Assembly (NCBI GenBank): GCA_963823665.1 | Contig: CAWGMQ010000003.1 | Location: 768,001 to 832,000, forward strand | DNA from: an uncultured Planctomycetota bacterium | GTDB lineage: Bacteria; Planctomycetota; Planctomycetia; Isosphaerales; Isosphaeraceae | DNA: 64,000 bases | Direction: 5' to 3' | Shown here: piece after piece, positions 52,901 to 63,192 of the stretch | How positions within the stretch are numbered: the stretch's first letter is position 1 | How the letters are laid out: every line of letters begins with the position of its first letter | The notes under the pieces: model-generated | What the model was told of the DNA's origin: nothing | Databases searched by the model: none | The model's input: the letters and a program-made list of their open reading frames with translations, nothing else | Program-made: the position numbers and the translations under genes

Positions 52901-53714
52901 CGAGCCGCTTGAGCACGAACATCCCCGCCCCCTCACCGGCGACCAGCCCGTCGGCGCTCCGGTCAAATGGAGCCGGCCGGCCCCGCGCCGAAAGCGCGCG
53001 GAGCTGCGAGAAACCCATCTGGATGTAAAGTGCATCCGGCCGCGACACGCCACCGCAAAGGATGGCGTCTGCTCTTCCGGAGCGCAGCTCATCCATCGCC
53101 AGCGCGATCGAATAAAGCGACGTTGCACACGCCGCGTCCAGGGTGTATGCCGGCCCACTCAATCCCAGTGCGCGGGCAACAAACGCCGCGGGCAATCCCG
53201 CGGGAAACACGTTCGCGGGCTCAATCTCACCGGGCATCTGTGACGGCAGCCCGAGCTTCTCTTCGAATGCGGTGGCAAGCACGTCGCGCGACCAGGCGGA
53301 GAGCGTCTGGACGGGGAGCACAATGTTTCCGAGGATCACGCCCGCTCGATGGCCGTCGATGCGATCGGTTACCGCATCAGCCCACGCGGCGCGCGCCACG
53401 TGGAGCGCAAGCTGAAACACGGGGTCCAGCGTGGATACCGCGATGCCGTCGATCTTCAGATCGCCCGGATCGAAGCGTTCCGACGGTACAAACCCACCGC
53501 GCGTCGAATACACCCGATCGGCCTGAGCGATCCGGGAATCAAATGCCTCGGCGGGGTCGATCTGCCAGCGGCCGGCGGGCACTTCACTCGTCGAATCCAC
53601 GCCATTGCGGATGTTGTCCCAGAATTCCTCGAGTGTCGCACTCCCGGGAAAGAGCCCGGCGAAGCCCACTATGGCGATCGCCGCGTCGCTTGGCACGGAT
53701 GACTCAGGCGGCAT
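46928..53714 (-). CDS. pfaBC: PUFA synthase PfaB/C-type subunit: KS-CLF-AT-FabA-like DH domains (frameshifts at ~52655, ~52600, ~51930)
   Basis: DAACATS, ECHATG, GSVKSNIGH (alternate frame), Cys-less second KS, GYSLGE, RLPDEPLML, HFVDDRVMPG, HFMNDPVWPG. Confidence 0.88.
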
Positions 53715-53717
53715 AAC

Positions 53718-56700
53718 TCATCTCGAGACGACGGAGAATTGGGACGAAAGCCGGTTCCGCCGAAACGCCTGGTTCAGTGACGCGTCGATCACGCACTCGA
53801 AGCCGTCTAGCCGGGCGATCAGCCGGCCGCTCTGGTCGATCAGCTCGATCACGGCCACCGCGCGCGCCGCACTTGACTGGCCGATCTCGACGATCACCCG
53901 CACACCTTGCTCCGGAAACTCGCGGGCGAACAGCCGCAAGCCCCCGATGCCGGTCGGCAGCGAATTGGAGCCGATTTTCGTTCGGGTCCAGAGCCCGACA
54001 AGCTGGAAGGCCGAATCGATCGCCAGCGGATCGATCAGCCACTTGCCGCGCGAAGGCCGGTCGATCCACTCCGAGGTACCGGGTGCGGACGATACCCACC
54101 CCGCGATCCCGCGGTCACCGCAGCCCTCGACCGATTCGATTCCTTGCATCTGCGGACCGTGGAAGAGCACCGTCTGATAGATTTCCTCGCGTGCCATCAA
54201 GTGACGCGAAAGTGACGGCTCGGCCAGCCGCGGGCTCGATGGCTCAAGTCGATCGCCCAGCACAATGACCGCGCGAGCATGCGCGACGGCCTTGCCCGTT
54301 GCGAGCGTGCCCGAAAGCTCGACCGGCACAGTGAACTGCCCCGCTCGTCGGACGGGCTTACCCGCGAGAAGCTCAACCGTTGCCGGCCTCTGGTGGCCGA
54401 GGATCACACCTTTGAACAGCCGGAAATCGTCGACACCAACAACGGAAAGACCGGGGTTGCGATCGAGGGCAGCTTCGGCCATCCACTCGAGAATGAGCGC
54501 CACGGGCAAGACGGGGTGCGAGTCGATCACGTGTGACGTCAGCACGGGAACCGACTCGAGATCGACATCGCGCCGGAAGACGGTCGCAAGCGATTCGCGA
54601 TCAGCGGCGGAAGCCGTTGTCGCCGGCTTCGATCGCGCAGACGTCTGGCCCGCTGCGCGCCCTGCCGCGACAACCAGTTCGACGCCGCGGCTCGTCTCTC
54701 GCCGAGCTTCTTCGACGACCAGCTTCGCGCCGGCGTCGAGCGGAATCAGTGCCAGCCCTTCTTGCTCGAACATTGGCTTGAGTGCGTCTGTTACCATGCC
54801 GCCGGCCCACGGGCCCCAGTTGAACGAGACGACCCGGCACTGCGGCAACCGCAGGGACTGCTGCTGTGCCCACTTGTTGAGATACTCGTTCGCCGCCGCG
54901 TAGGCAACCTGTCCCGCGCGGCCGAAGCGCGCCGTCGAGGACGAGAACAGAACCAGCAGCTTGAGCGACTCGGGATCGAGCGCGCTGAACAGATTGTGCA
55001 GGCCATCGACCTTGGTCTGGTAGACCAGGTCGAATTGAGCGTCTGTCTGATCGACGATTCTGCGGTCTGCGAGGACGCCGGCGCCATGAATGAGCCCACG
55101 CACCGGACCGAGCTCCCGATGAATGCGGGCCATCGCCGCGTGAACCGCCGCGCGATCACGCACGTCGACCGAGTGATAGGTCACCGGCGAGCCGGCCGAC
55201 TTGATCCGCTCGAGATTACGGCGTATCTCTCGCTCCGCCAGAATTCGGCGCGATTCCTGGCCCAACTCATGAGGCGAAAGGCGCCGAGGGGATCGCGCGG
55301 CCAGCGCACGCTTCAGCTCGGCCTCGTCCGTGATACCGGGAGCCCAGTCCTCCTCGCGCGAAGGCACCGGCGACCGGCCGAGCAGAACCAGACGCGGCTG
55401 GAACGCCGAGGCCAGCGCCGCCGCTACCTCGGCCGTGATTCCCCGGCCGCCGCCTGTGATCACCAGAACGTCTCCCGGTGCAAGCGGCCGTGCCGGTCGC
55501 TGCTGGGCCTCTTCGATGGTTTGGGTCGCCAGCTCGACCACCATGCGGCCCTGCCGCGACAGACCGACCTCGAGCGGACCGCGTTTCAAGAATTCCTCGA
55601 CGATCACGCGAGCGGCGCCCTCGGGCACGTCGAACGCCGCGTCCACGTCCATCGCCTTGCAGTTGACCGACGGCCACTCGCATGCGGCCGTTTTTGCGAG
55701 CCCCGCCAGTGCGCCGGAAACCGGGCTTGCCCCCGTGCCAAGCCCTGAGAGGCCGAACGACCCGTCTAGCCGCGAGACAGTCAGAATCGACGCGCCTCCT
55801 CTGGCCGCCGAGTCCTCGAGCGCCGGGCCGGCGGCTCGCATCAGTCGAAAGGCGTTCATGACGAGAGCATGATCCGACCCGCCTCGAGGAGCCAGAACGA
55901 TCAACCCACAGAGCCGCTCGCCGGGCGAAGGTGGTCGTGCCTCGGCTGGACCGAGCACCCTGGCCGTGTATCCGCGCTCGGAAAGCCGGCGCTCGACTGC
56001 ACGGGCCAGCGGTGATCCGTCGTCGCTGATCCACACCGTGCCACCGCCGCGCAGCGAGATCTCGTCTCGGCCATCCGGCAGCTCGAGCGGGCGAGCGAGT
56101 GGATAGAGCGTTCGCAGCAGGGAAATGCCCGTCCTCTCAAACCCGTTCACAGACCTGGAGCCCGCGTGCTTCTCGTTGCCGTTTGACAAGGCCGAGCCGT
56201 TGCGATGTGTTTCAATCAGTCCAGGTCCGCCGGCCGGCGGCCCGGTCTTCGCCGCGTTCGAGCGCGCTGGCTCCGCGACTGCAGAGCTTTCGGTCGCGGG
56301 CGTGCCCGACAGAAACTCGGCGATCTGCCGCAACGTTCGCAGCGTGCCGACCTGCTCCGGGCCGAGCGCACGCGCAGCGGGCAACCGCTCCTGAACGGCC
56401 GAGAGGATCTCGACCCGCTTGATCGAGTCGATGCCAAGATCAACGTCGAGTTGCATGTCGAGCTCGAGCATATCAATCGGGAAGCCCGTCTTGTCGGCCA
56501 CCGATTCGAGCAAGATCTGCTCGATCGTCGTCGTGGCCGGCAGATCCGGTCCAGTTGCGGCCGCCGGCCTACCCTGCGCTGCGACGACCGCGGGCACGCT
56601 TCCTTCAAGAAACGTGACGATGTCTTGAAGCGTGCCGAGCGTACCGATTTCTTCAGGGCCGGCGGCGCGGATGCCCGGCAGCCGGTCTTGAATGGCCGAG

Positions 56701-59700
56701 AAGATCTCGACCCGCTTGATCGAATCGATGCCCAGGTCGGCATCCAGCCGCATTTCCAGCTCGAGCATCTCCGCGGGATAGCCGGTCTTCTCGGCAACCG
56801 TCTCGACCAGCACACGGGCGATCTCCGCGGGCGGGCCGAAAACCGGGTCTTCTTGCTGCAAGGCGCCGGCGGCCGCAGCCGGCTCGTTGTTCGAAGCCAG
56901 AGGCTCGCTGATCGCGTCGACGATCGATCGCAGGCTCCGCAGCTTGCCGAGCACCTCCGGGGAAATCGCCGGCAGTGACGGCACGCGCTCTTGCAGGGCC
57001 GATAATATCTCGACCCGTTTGATCGAATCGATCCCCAGGTCCGCGTCAAGCTGCATGTCGAGCTCGAGCACCTCCCCCGGATAGCCGGTCTTCTCGGAAA
57101 CAACATCGATCACGATGGCAGCAATCGAGCCATTCGCGAGCGGAACCGGCAACGGAGTGCTCGCGGCGGGTAAGACTGCCGCCGAAATCGTGGCATCCGA
57201 GCGCGAAACGATATGGGAGGGTGCGAACCCATTCGTCGAGGGCCGCGCCGATGATTCCGTTTCCACTCCAGAGCGGCCGCCCGCGAAATCGGGAGGGCGA
57301 GGCTCCCGCCGAGCCGCGCCCGCGTCGCCGGCGGCGGAAAGACGCGTTGTCTCACCCTGCTGACCGAACAAAGCCCACGACAACCGCTGCTCGTGCTCCA
57401 GCAGCTTCAGGAAGGATTGCTGGGTCTTCGCCTGGCCCTCGAGGAACTGGCGATGAAGCTCGGCCGTTTGTTCCGCCAGCTTCTCGAGCGCGACCAGGCT
57501 CTGCCGCGCATTCTCGAGCGCGACCACGATGCCCTCCGGCGGCGCACTCGCCCGCGCCAGTACAGACTCGTTCACGGACGGCGCCGCGGAAGGAACCTGC
57601 TGAGCGGCCGCCGCGGCGACCGGCAGCGGCGGGGCCCCGACCGGCGACGGCACCGCCCGTTGCGGCGGGCTAGCCTGCGGCCGCGCATTGGCGCCGCAGA
57701 CCTTCACGGTGAGCGCGGGCCGTTTCGAAGGCGCCGGTGCGAACGAATCATCCCAACCAGTGAGATCGACGGCATACCCCTGCGCCGCCAGCGACGCGAG
57801 CGTGCAGGCAAGATCATCGACGTTCCCCGACGCCCCACGCGACGCGTCCACGGCGATCGCCTCGTGGTCCCGTCCCTCCAGGATCGCTCGAACCAGCGCG
57901 GTGAGCTTCGCGTCCGGACCGACCTCCACGAATGTCCGAGCCCCCATCTGGGACATCGCTTCAATCTGGGCCACGAACTCCACCGGCCTGGCGAGCTGAC
58001 CGGCCAGCAAGGCACGCACCGAACCGGGATCAACGGGATAAGGAAGCCCCGTGGAATTTGCGAAAACCGGGACCGGCGAAGAAGGGAAGTCGACGGATTC
58101 AAGGACCAAACGGAATGAGTCGACTGCGCCGGCGACCAGCCGGCTGTGAAAGGCCCGCGACACGCCAAGTGCGTGGGTTGCGATCTGCCGTGCCGCGAAA
58201 AGGCCCCTGCTCCGCTCAATCTCGACGGCCGGCCCGGAGAGCACGCACTGCCGCGGCGCGTTCTTGTTGGCGATGACCAGGTCAAGAGCGTGTTCCCGGA
58301 GCACGTCGGAGGCGTCGTCAACCGCGGCGAAGACCGCCAGCATCGCGCCCTGCTCCTCACCCGCTGACGATGCCGCCATCAGCTCGCCGCGCTTCGCAGC
58401 CAGCAGCGAGAGCGACGCGTCATCAAGGCGGCCCGCAGCGCGAAGCGCCACCAGCTCACCGAAGCTGTGGCCTCCCACAAGCTCGGGGCGTAATCCGAAA
58501 TCCTCGAGGATCGCCAGCAGCCCCAGACTGACGGCCCCGATCGCAGCCTGTGCGTTTCGCGTCTCGCGAAGCGCCTGCTCCTGCTCGCGCCTCTCGTGAT
58601 CGCTATAGCCCGGTCTCGGATAGATCCGGCTCGAGATCGGCACTTCCCCCTGATTGCACAGTGCGTTCGCCAGCGCGATCGACTGCTGCATTCGCGGGAA
58701 CCGGCAAGCCAGGTCGCGGAGCATGCCCGTGTACTGTGATCCCTGGCCGGGAAACAGGAATGCGAGCCGTCCTGAAGGCTGGCCCGTTCCGCAAAAGACA
58801 GACTCCTTGCCGCGGGCCGGGGCGAGCTGTCCGTTCTTTCCGGGCGCACCCTTTGAATCGCCACCAGAGGCGCTCACTCGTGACCGTGCAGTGGCGAGCA
58901 ATGCGGGCCAGCTCGCCTGATCGCGCCGCGTCACGATCAACACGCGGCGGCTCTGGTCGTGCCGGAACGCCTGCCGGCTGCGCGACGCTGCTGCCCGTAT
59001 ATCGGTCCAGTCGGCGAGCCCTTCGAGGGCACCGAGCTGCTCGAGCAACTGAAGCGGCTCCTCGCCCGAGAGAGCAAGGATCTGCACGTCGCCGTCCCAG
59101 TCAACTTCGCTCTTGGCCGGGCCGGCTTCCTCGAGCACGCAGTGAAAATTGCTGCCGCCGAAGCCAAATGCGCTCACGGCCGCGCGGCGGGGCCCGCCGG
59201 CCAGCGAAAACCAGGGCCGGGCCTCTGTGTTCAGGTAGAACGGCGAACGGCCGTTCGCCAGCGGCTCAACGGGCGTCTGCACCTTGGTGGTCGGGGGAAG
59301 CACCTTGTGATGGAGCGCCAGCGCCGCCTTGATCAGCCCCGCTGCCCCCGCGGCCGCCTTGGTATGCCCGATCTGCGACTTCACCGACCCCAGCGCACAC
59401 CACGGGCCGTCCTGGGCCGCCGTGCCGTAAACCTCTTCGAGGGCTTGCAGCTCGGTCGAGTCGCCGACGCGCGTGCCGGTACCGTGGGCTTCGACCAGCT
59501 CGACCGTGCGCGGCGCGATTCCCGCGTGGTTGTAGGCCCGCGAAAGTGCGAGCACCTGCCCCGCCGCGCTCGGCGCGTAAACCGCCTGCCCCATGCCGTC
59601 GCTCGAGCTGCCGATGGAGCGGATCACGGCGTAGATGCGATCGCCGTCGCGGCGGGCATCGTCCAGCCGCTTGAGCACCAGCATTCCCAGACCCTCGCCC

Positions 59701-60521
59701 AGAATCGTGCCGTCGGCTCCCGCATCAAAGGGCCGGGCCTCACCGCTCGGCGAAAGCGCCGGCGTCTTGCTGAAGCACATGTAGACAAAGATGTCGTTGA
59801 ATGTATCGATACCGCCGGTGACGGCCAGATCGCACCGCCCCACGGCGAGCTCGAGCAACGCGAGCTCCAAGGCCCCCAACGAGCTGGCACAGGCTGCGTC
59901 GACCACGCAGTTGGTGCCGCGCAGGTCCAGCCGGTTGGCGATGCGGCCGGCGGCGACGTTTCCCAGCAAGCCGGGGAACGAGTTTTCCTGCCAGCCGACG
60001 TAGGATGAGGCGATCCGATCGACCACCGCATCGGCCGAAGCTCCCGAGATGCCCTCTTCGGCCAGGGCCCGCCTCCAGATCGGCTCACCCAGCCGCGCGC
60101 TCAGAGGAATGACCAGCTCGAGGGTGCCGCTGATGCCCAGGACCACGCTCACCCGCTCGCGATTGAAATCACGGTCCCCACCATAGCCCGCGTCGGCAAG
60201 CGCCTGCCTGGCGATCAACAGGCCGAGGAGCTGCGTCGTGTCGGTCGCCTCGATCGAATGCGGGGCGATCCCGAATTCCAGCGGCGGAAAATCAACCGGC
60301 GAGAGAAAGCCGCCTCGCCGGCAGTAGGTGCGGTCGCGTGCCTTCGGGTCCGGATCGTGATAGTCGCCGGCTCGCCAGTGGGTATCGGGCACTTCGGTGA
60401 TGGCATCGACGCGATCGAGGATATTGGCCCAGTACCGCTTGAGGTCCTCTGCTCGAGGAAACAAGCAGCCCATCCCGATGATGGCCACCGGAACCGGGGC
60501 CGAAGGAGCGAACGAATTCAA
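53718..60521 (-). CDS. pfaA: PUFA synthase PfaA-type: KS-MAT-ACP x3-KR-DH
   Basis: DAACASS, EAHGTGT, GHTKAAAG, GHSFGE, three LGIDSIKRVEI ACPs, ITGGGRGI, HGAGVLAD, YAAANE, C-terminal PKS-type dehydratase region. Confidence 0.93.
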   Translation of the reverse strand: MNSFAPSAPVPVAIIGMGCLFPRAEDLKRYWANILDRVDAITEVPDTHWRAGDYHDPDPKARDRTYCRRGGFLSPVDFPPLEFGIAPHSIEATDTTQLLGLLIARQALADAGYGGDRDFNRERVSVVLGISGTLELVIPLSARLGEPIWRRALAEEGISGASADAVVDRIASSYVGWQENSFPGLLGNVAAGRIANRLDLRGTNCVVDAACASSLGALELALLELAVGRCDLAVTGGIDTFNDIFVYMCFSKTPALSPSGEARPFDAGADGTILGEGLGMLVLKRLDDARRDGDRIYAVIRSIGSSSDGMGQAVYAPSAAGQVLALSRAYNHAGIAPRTVELVEAHGTGTRVGDSTELQALEEVYGTAAQDGPWCALGSVKSQIGHTKAAAGAAGLIKAALALHHKVLPPTTKVQTPVEPLANGRSPFYLNTEARPWFSLAGGPRRAAVSAFGFGGSNFHCVLEEAGPAKSEVDWDGDVQILALSGEEPLQLLEQLGALEGLADWTDIRAAASRSRQAFRHDQSRRVLIVTRRDQASWPALLATARSRVSASGGDSKGAPGKNGQLAPARGKESVFCGTGQPSGRLAFLFPGQGSQYTGMLRDLACRFPRMQQSIALANALCNQGEVPISSRIYPRPGYSDHERREQEQALRETRNAQAAIGAVSLGLLAILEDFGLRPELVGGHSFGELVALRAAGRLDDASLSLLAAKRGELMAASSAGEEQGAMLAVFAAVDDASDVLREHALDLVIANKNAPRQCVLSGPAVEIERSRGLFAARQIATHALGVSRAFHSRLVAGAVDSFRLVLESVDFPSSPVPVFANSTGLPYPVDPGSVRALLAGQLARPVEFVAQIEAMSQMGARTFVEVGPDAKLTALVRAILEGRDHEAIAVDASRGASGNVDDLACTLASLAAQGYAVDLTGWDDSFAPAPSKRPALTVKVCGANARPQASPPQRAVPSPVGAPPLPVAAAAAQQVPSAAPSVNESVLARASAPPEGIVVALENARQSLVALEKLAEQTAELHRQFLEGQAKTQQSFLKLLEHEQRLSWALFGQQGETTRLSAAGDAGAARREPRPPDFAGGRSGVETESSARPSTNGFAPSHIVSRSDATISAAVLPAASTPLPVPLANGSIAAIVIDVVSEKTGYPGEVLELDMQLDADLGIDSIKRVEILSALQERVPSLPAISPEVLGKLRSLRSIVDAISEPLASNNEPAAAAGALQQEDPVFGPPAEIARVLVETVAEKTGYPAEMLELEMRLDADLGIDSIKRVEIFSAIQDRLPGIRAAGPEEIGTLGTLQDIVTFLEGSVPAVVAAQGRPAAATGPDLPATTTIEQILLESVADKTGFPIDMLELDMQLDVDLGIDSIKRVEILSAVQERLPAARALGPEQVGTLRTLRQIAEFLSGTPATESSAVAEPARSNAAKTGPPAGGPGLIETHRNGSALSNGNEKHAGSRSVNGFERTGISLLRTLYPLARPLELPDGRDEISLRGGGTVWISDDGSPLARAVERRLSERGYTARVLGPAEARPPSPGERLCGLIVLAPRGGSDHALVMNAFRLMRAAGPALEDSAARGGASILTVSRLDGSFGLSGLGTGASPVSGALAGLAKTAACEWPSVNCKAMDVDAAFDVPEGAARVIVEEFLKRGPLEVGLSRQGRMVVELATQTIEEAQQRPARPLAPGDVLVITGGGRGITAEVAAALASAFQPRLVLLGRSPVPSREEDWAPGITDEAELKRALAARSPRRLSPHELGQESRRILAEREIRRNLERIKSAGSPVTYHSVDVRDRAAVHAAMARIHRELGPVRGLIHGAGVLADRRIVDQTDAQFDLVYQTKVDGLHNLFSALDPESLKLLVLFSSSTARFGRAGQVAYAAANEYLNKWAQQQSLRLPQCRVVSFNWGPWAGGMVTDALKPMFEQEGLALIPLDAGAKLVVEEARRETSRGVELVVAAGRAAGQTSARSKPATTASAADRESLATVFRRDVDLESVPVLTSHVIDSHPVLPVALILEWMAEAALDRNPGLSVVGVDDFRLFKGVILGHQRPATVELLAGKPVRRAGQFTVPVELSGTLATGKAVAHARAVIVLGDRLEPSSPRLAEPSLSRHLMAREEIYQTVLFHGPQMQGIESVEGCGDRGIAGWVSSAPGTSEWIDRPSRGKWLIDPLAIDSAFQLVGLWTRTKIGSNSLPTGIGGLRLFAREFPEQGVRVIVEIGQSSAARAVAVIELIDQSGRLIARLDGFECVIDASLNQAFRRNRLSSQFSVVSR

Positions 60522-60598
60522 GTCTTTACCCTTTCGAGCGTCGCGATGGTGACCGGCATGATCCTGACTGGCCCGGTCGCGTCGATGAAGGTGCTATG

Positions 60599-62202
60599 TT
60601 AGGAGAAGATCAGCCGGTTCTCAATCTCATCGACCTCCAGAGGCGCCAGCCGCGGCACCCCAGCCGGCAACACGACGCCCTGCATGCTCGCGATCCGCGC
60701 GCGAGTGAGGACCGCCGCGCCGTAGAGAATGTTCAAGGCGACCGTCGCCACGTGTCGATTGTCGGGATCCTCGAGAAACGTGCCGCGCACCCAGTCGTTA
60801 AATGCCGCCATGGCCGGTCCGCACCAGATCTGGTAGTCGACCGTCCGCGCCGGATCGCCCTGATTGGCCCACTGCGACGACATCCCGAGGTACCAGCGGA
60901 AAACCAGGGCCATCTTCTGCTTGGGATCGCGGAGTGCCCGCTCGATTCGCGACGGATCGCGTTCGGCAAAAAAGTCCTGGGTCTGCTGCCAGATCTCCGC
61001 GATCGGAGCGCGGAAGATCGTCTTTTCCAGGTTCGCGCGGTCGGCGTCGCTGAGCTTGTCCAGGCTGTCGTGGCTGCGGTAGAGCTCGTAAAGCTTTGTA
61101 GCGCGCATTGCAAAGAGCGTGCCCCGCTTCAGCACCTGCACCTTTACGCCCATCTCGAACATGTCGGCCGCCGGCGCCATGGCGATATCAGCCTGCTGCG
61201 CCTGGGCGAGCATTCGCCGCACCGCAGGCGAGGTTCCGGCTTCCGACGCATGACTGGTTGACCGACCCGGTCACGATGTAGGCCGCCCCCATCGCCAGTG
61301 CGGCGGCCGCCGACCAGGGCGTCGAGATTCCTCCGGCGGCGCCGATCCGGGGCGGAGTCTCGTAGGCATGCCGCGCCTGCATCTGCTCGAGCAGCGTGAG
61401 CATCGTCGGCAGAAGCACGATGGCCGGCTGGTTGTCGGTGTGCCCGCCGGAATCGGCCTCGGCGGTGATGTCCTCGGCCATCGGAATCGGTCGACGCCAG
61501 CTCGGCCTCTTCGGCACTCAACTGCCGCGATGCGACGAGCTCGCGCAAGAACTGCGGCGGTGGCGGCGCCAGGAACTTGGAGGCAACCTCGACCCGCGAA
61601 ACCTTGGCAATGATGCGATTGGGCGCGACCACCCGCCCGGAGCTGTCGCGAGTGATCCCCGCCACGCGATAATGGACCACCGGCAGCGTCAGATTGAGGA
61701 ACGCCGACGCTTCGACCAGCCTCACTCCTCGTTTGAGATACAGATCGACCACGGCCCTTTCGTGGTCGGGCTCGCCGGGGCTATGGATCAAGTTCATCCC
61801 GAACGGAAGCCGGTCTCCCAGGCTTCGTTCGATCCGATCGAGCGCACGCTCGATCGCCGCGATCGACAGACCGGCCGAGCCAAAGACCCCCAGGAAGCCG
61901 GCACGGGCCATCGCCTCGACGATCTCGACCGAGCCGATGCCGTTGGCCATCGCGCCCGACATGCAGGCATACCGCAGCCGGTGCCGCGCACGGAAATGAG
62001 GGTCTCCAAGCTGCTCCAGGGGGCATGCCGGAATCGTCGCCAGCACACCGTCGCCCGCGCCTGAGCGGCCTGAACCGATCCGCTGGGCCACGACCTCGAC
62101 CTCCGGGCGGTCAGAGCCCGAGGCGTCGATCAATCGAACCGACTCGGCGACGCGCGAAAGCGCGCGCTCGAGGGTCAGGGCGTCGGTGGGGGCCAGTACC
62201 AC
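60599..62202 (-). CDS. pfaD: PfaD-family enoyl reductase (two frameshifts)
   Basis: GAMANGI, VEASAF, IAKVSR / AEADSGGHTDN, AAGGISTP / APAADMFEMGVKVQVLKRG, DYQIWCGPAM. Confidence 0.93.
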
Positions 62203-62332
62203 TAGTGGTGCTCCGCTCGGTGTCAGTTCATTCCGCGTGGCAGATTGAGATTGCTCTGTTCGTTCAGGATTGATCTTTCTGCGAGTGCTTTCGAGGCCGG
62301 CTTCATCCCGGCCCGTCGACTAACACGCTAGC

Positions 62333-63032
62333 CTAGCTGTCGCGACGCTCGGAGAATCGAAAATGGGGGGCCGGAATCACCGGAATGGGCTCCGCGGCCA
62401 CGGCTTCCGTGATCAGGAACGGGGCCGGACCGTGGTACACTCGCTGAGCCACCGCCTGCAGACCCGCTTGTGCGTACAACTCGCGAAACCGCTTGGCCGA
62501 TGCATGGTGCACATCACCCTCGACGCCCGCGACGCACACGTCGTAGATGAACCAGCCCCAGGGACCGTCGCGGTAGCCGTCGATGATCATCACCCGCCCG
62601 CCGCTGCGCAATACGCGGCGCATTTCCGCGACGGCACGATCCTGCCGTGGGTAGTGGTGGAAGCTGTTGGCGCAGGTCACGACGTCGAATACCCCCGACT
62701 CAAACGGCAGCCGCTCGCTGTCTCCGCGCACCGGAAGCACGTGCGCGCCGTCCAGCCGCCAGCGCTGCTTGCCTTTCTTCAGCATCTCGGACACCAGGTC
62801 GACCCCGCAGACTTCCACCTGCGGCAAGGCCTCGCGCACCCGCGATGCAAACACGCCGGTGCCGCAGCCCACATCCAGCATCTTCAGCGGCCGGTCACCC
62901 GCCACGTCGCGAATCCGTCGAATCAAGACCCGGTGGGATGGTCCGAACAACAGCCACTGAAGAATGCTTCGGTCGTAACTGTTGCTCCACCGCGTGAACT
63001 CCTGGTCGACCTGATCCCTTATCGTACGCCAT
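62333..63032 (-). CDS. Class I SAM-dependent methyltransferase (UbiE-like; indel near 63015)
   Basis: MAYDK / QEFTRWSNSYDRSIL, LDVGCGTG, LPFESGVFDVV, SFHHY, MRRVLRSGG. Confidence 0.85.
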
Positions 63033-63192
63033 CCGGGGGCCTCCTTGCCGCCGAAAAACCGCGACAGAAAAAACCTTGCGTCCGCGGCTCGCCCGTTTTT
63101 TCGACCTTCTGTCTTTACCGTAAGTCGCGTCGTCCCGCAACCCGGAATTGACCGAGACCTTGGCGGACACCTATCTTAAAGAGGGGCTCCGA

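Noticed and set aside
56300..57110. Three similar ~200-bp segments
   Set aside because: These are the tandem ACP domains of PfaA, expected for this family.
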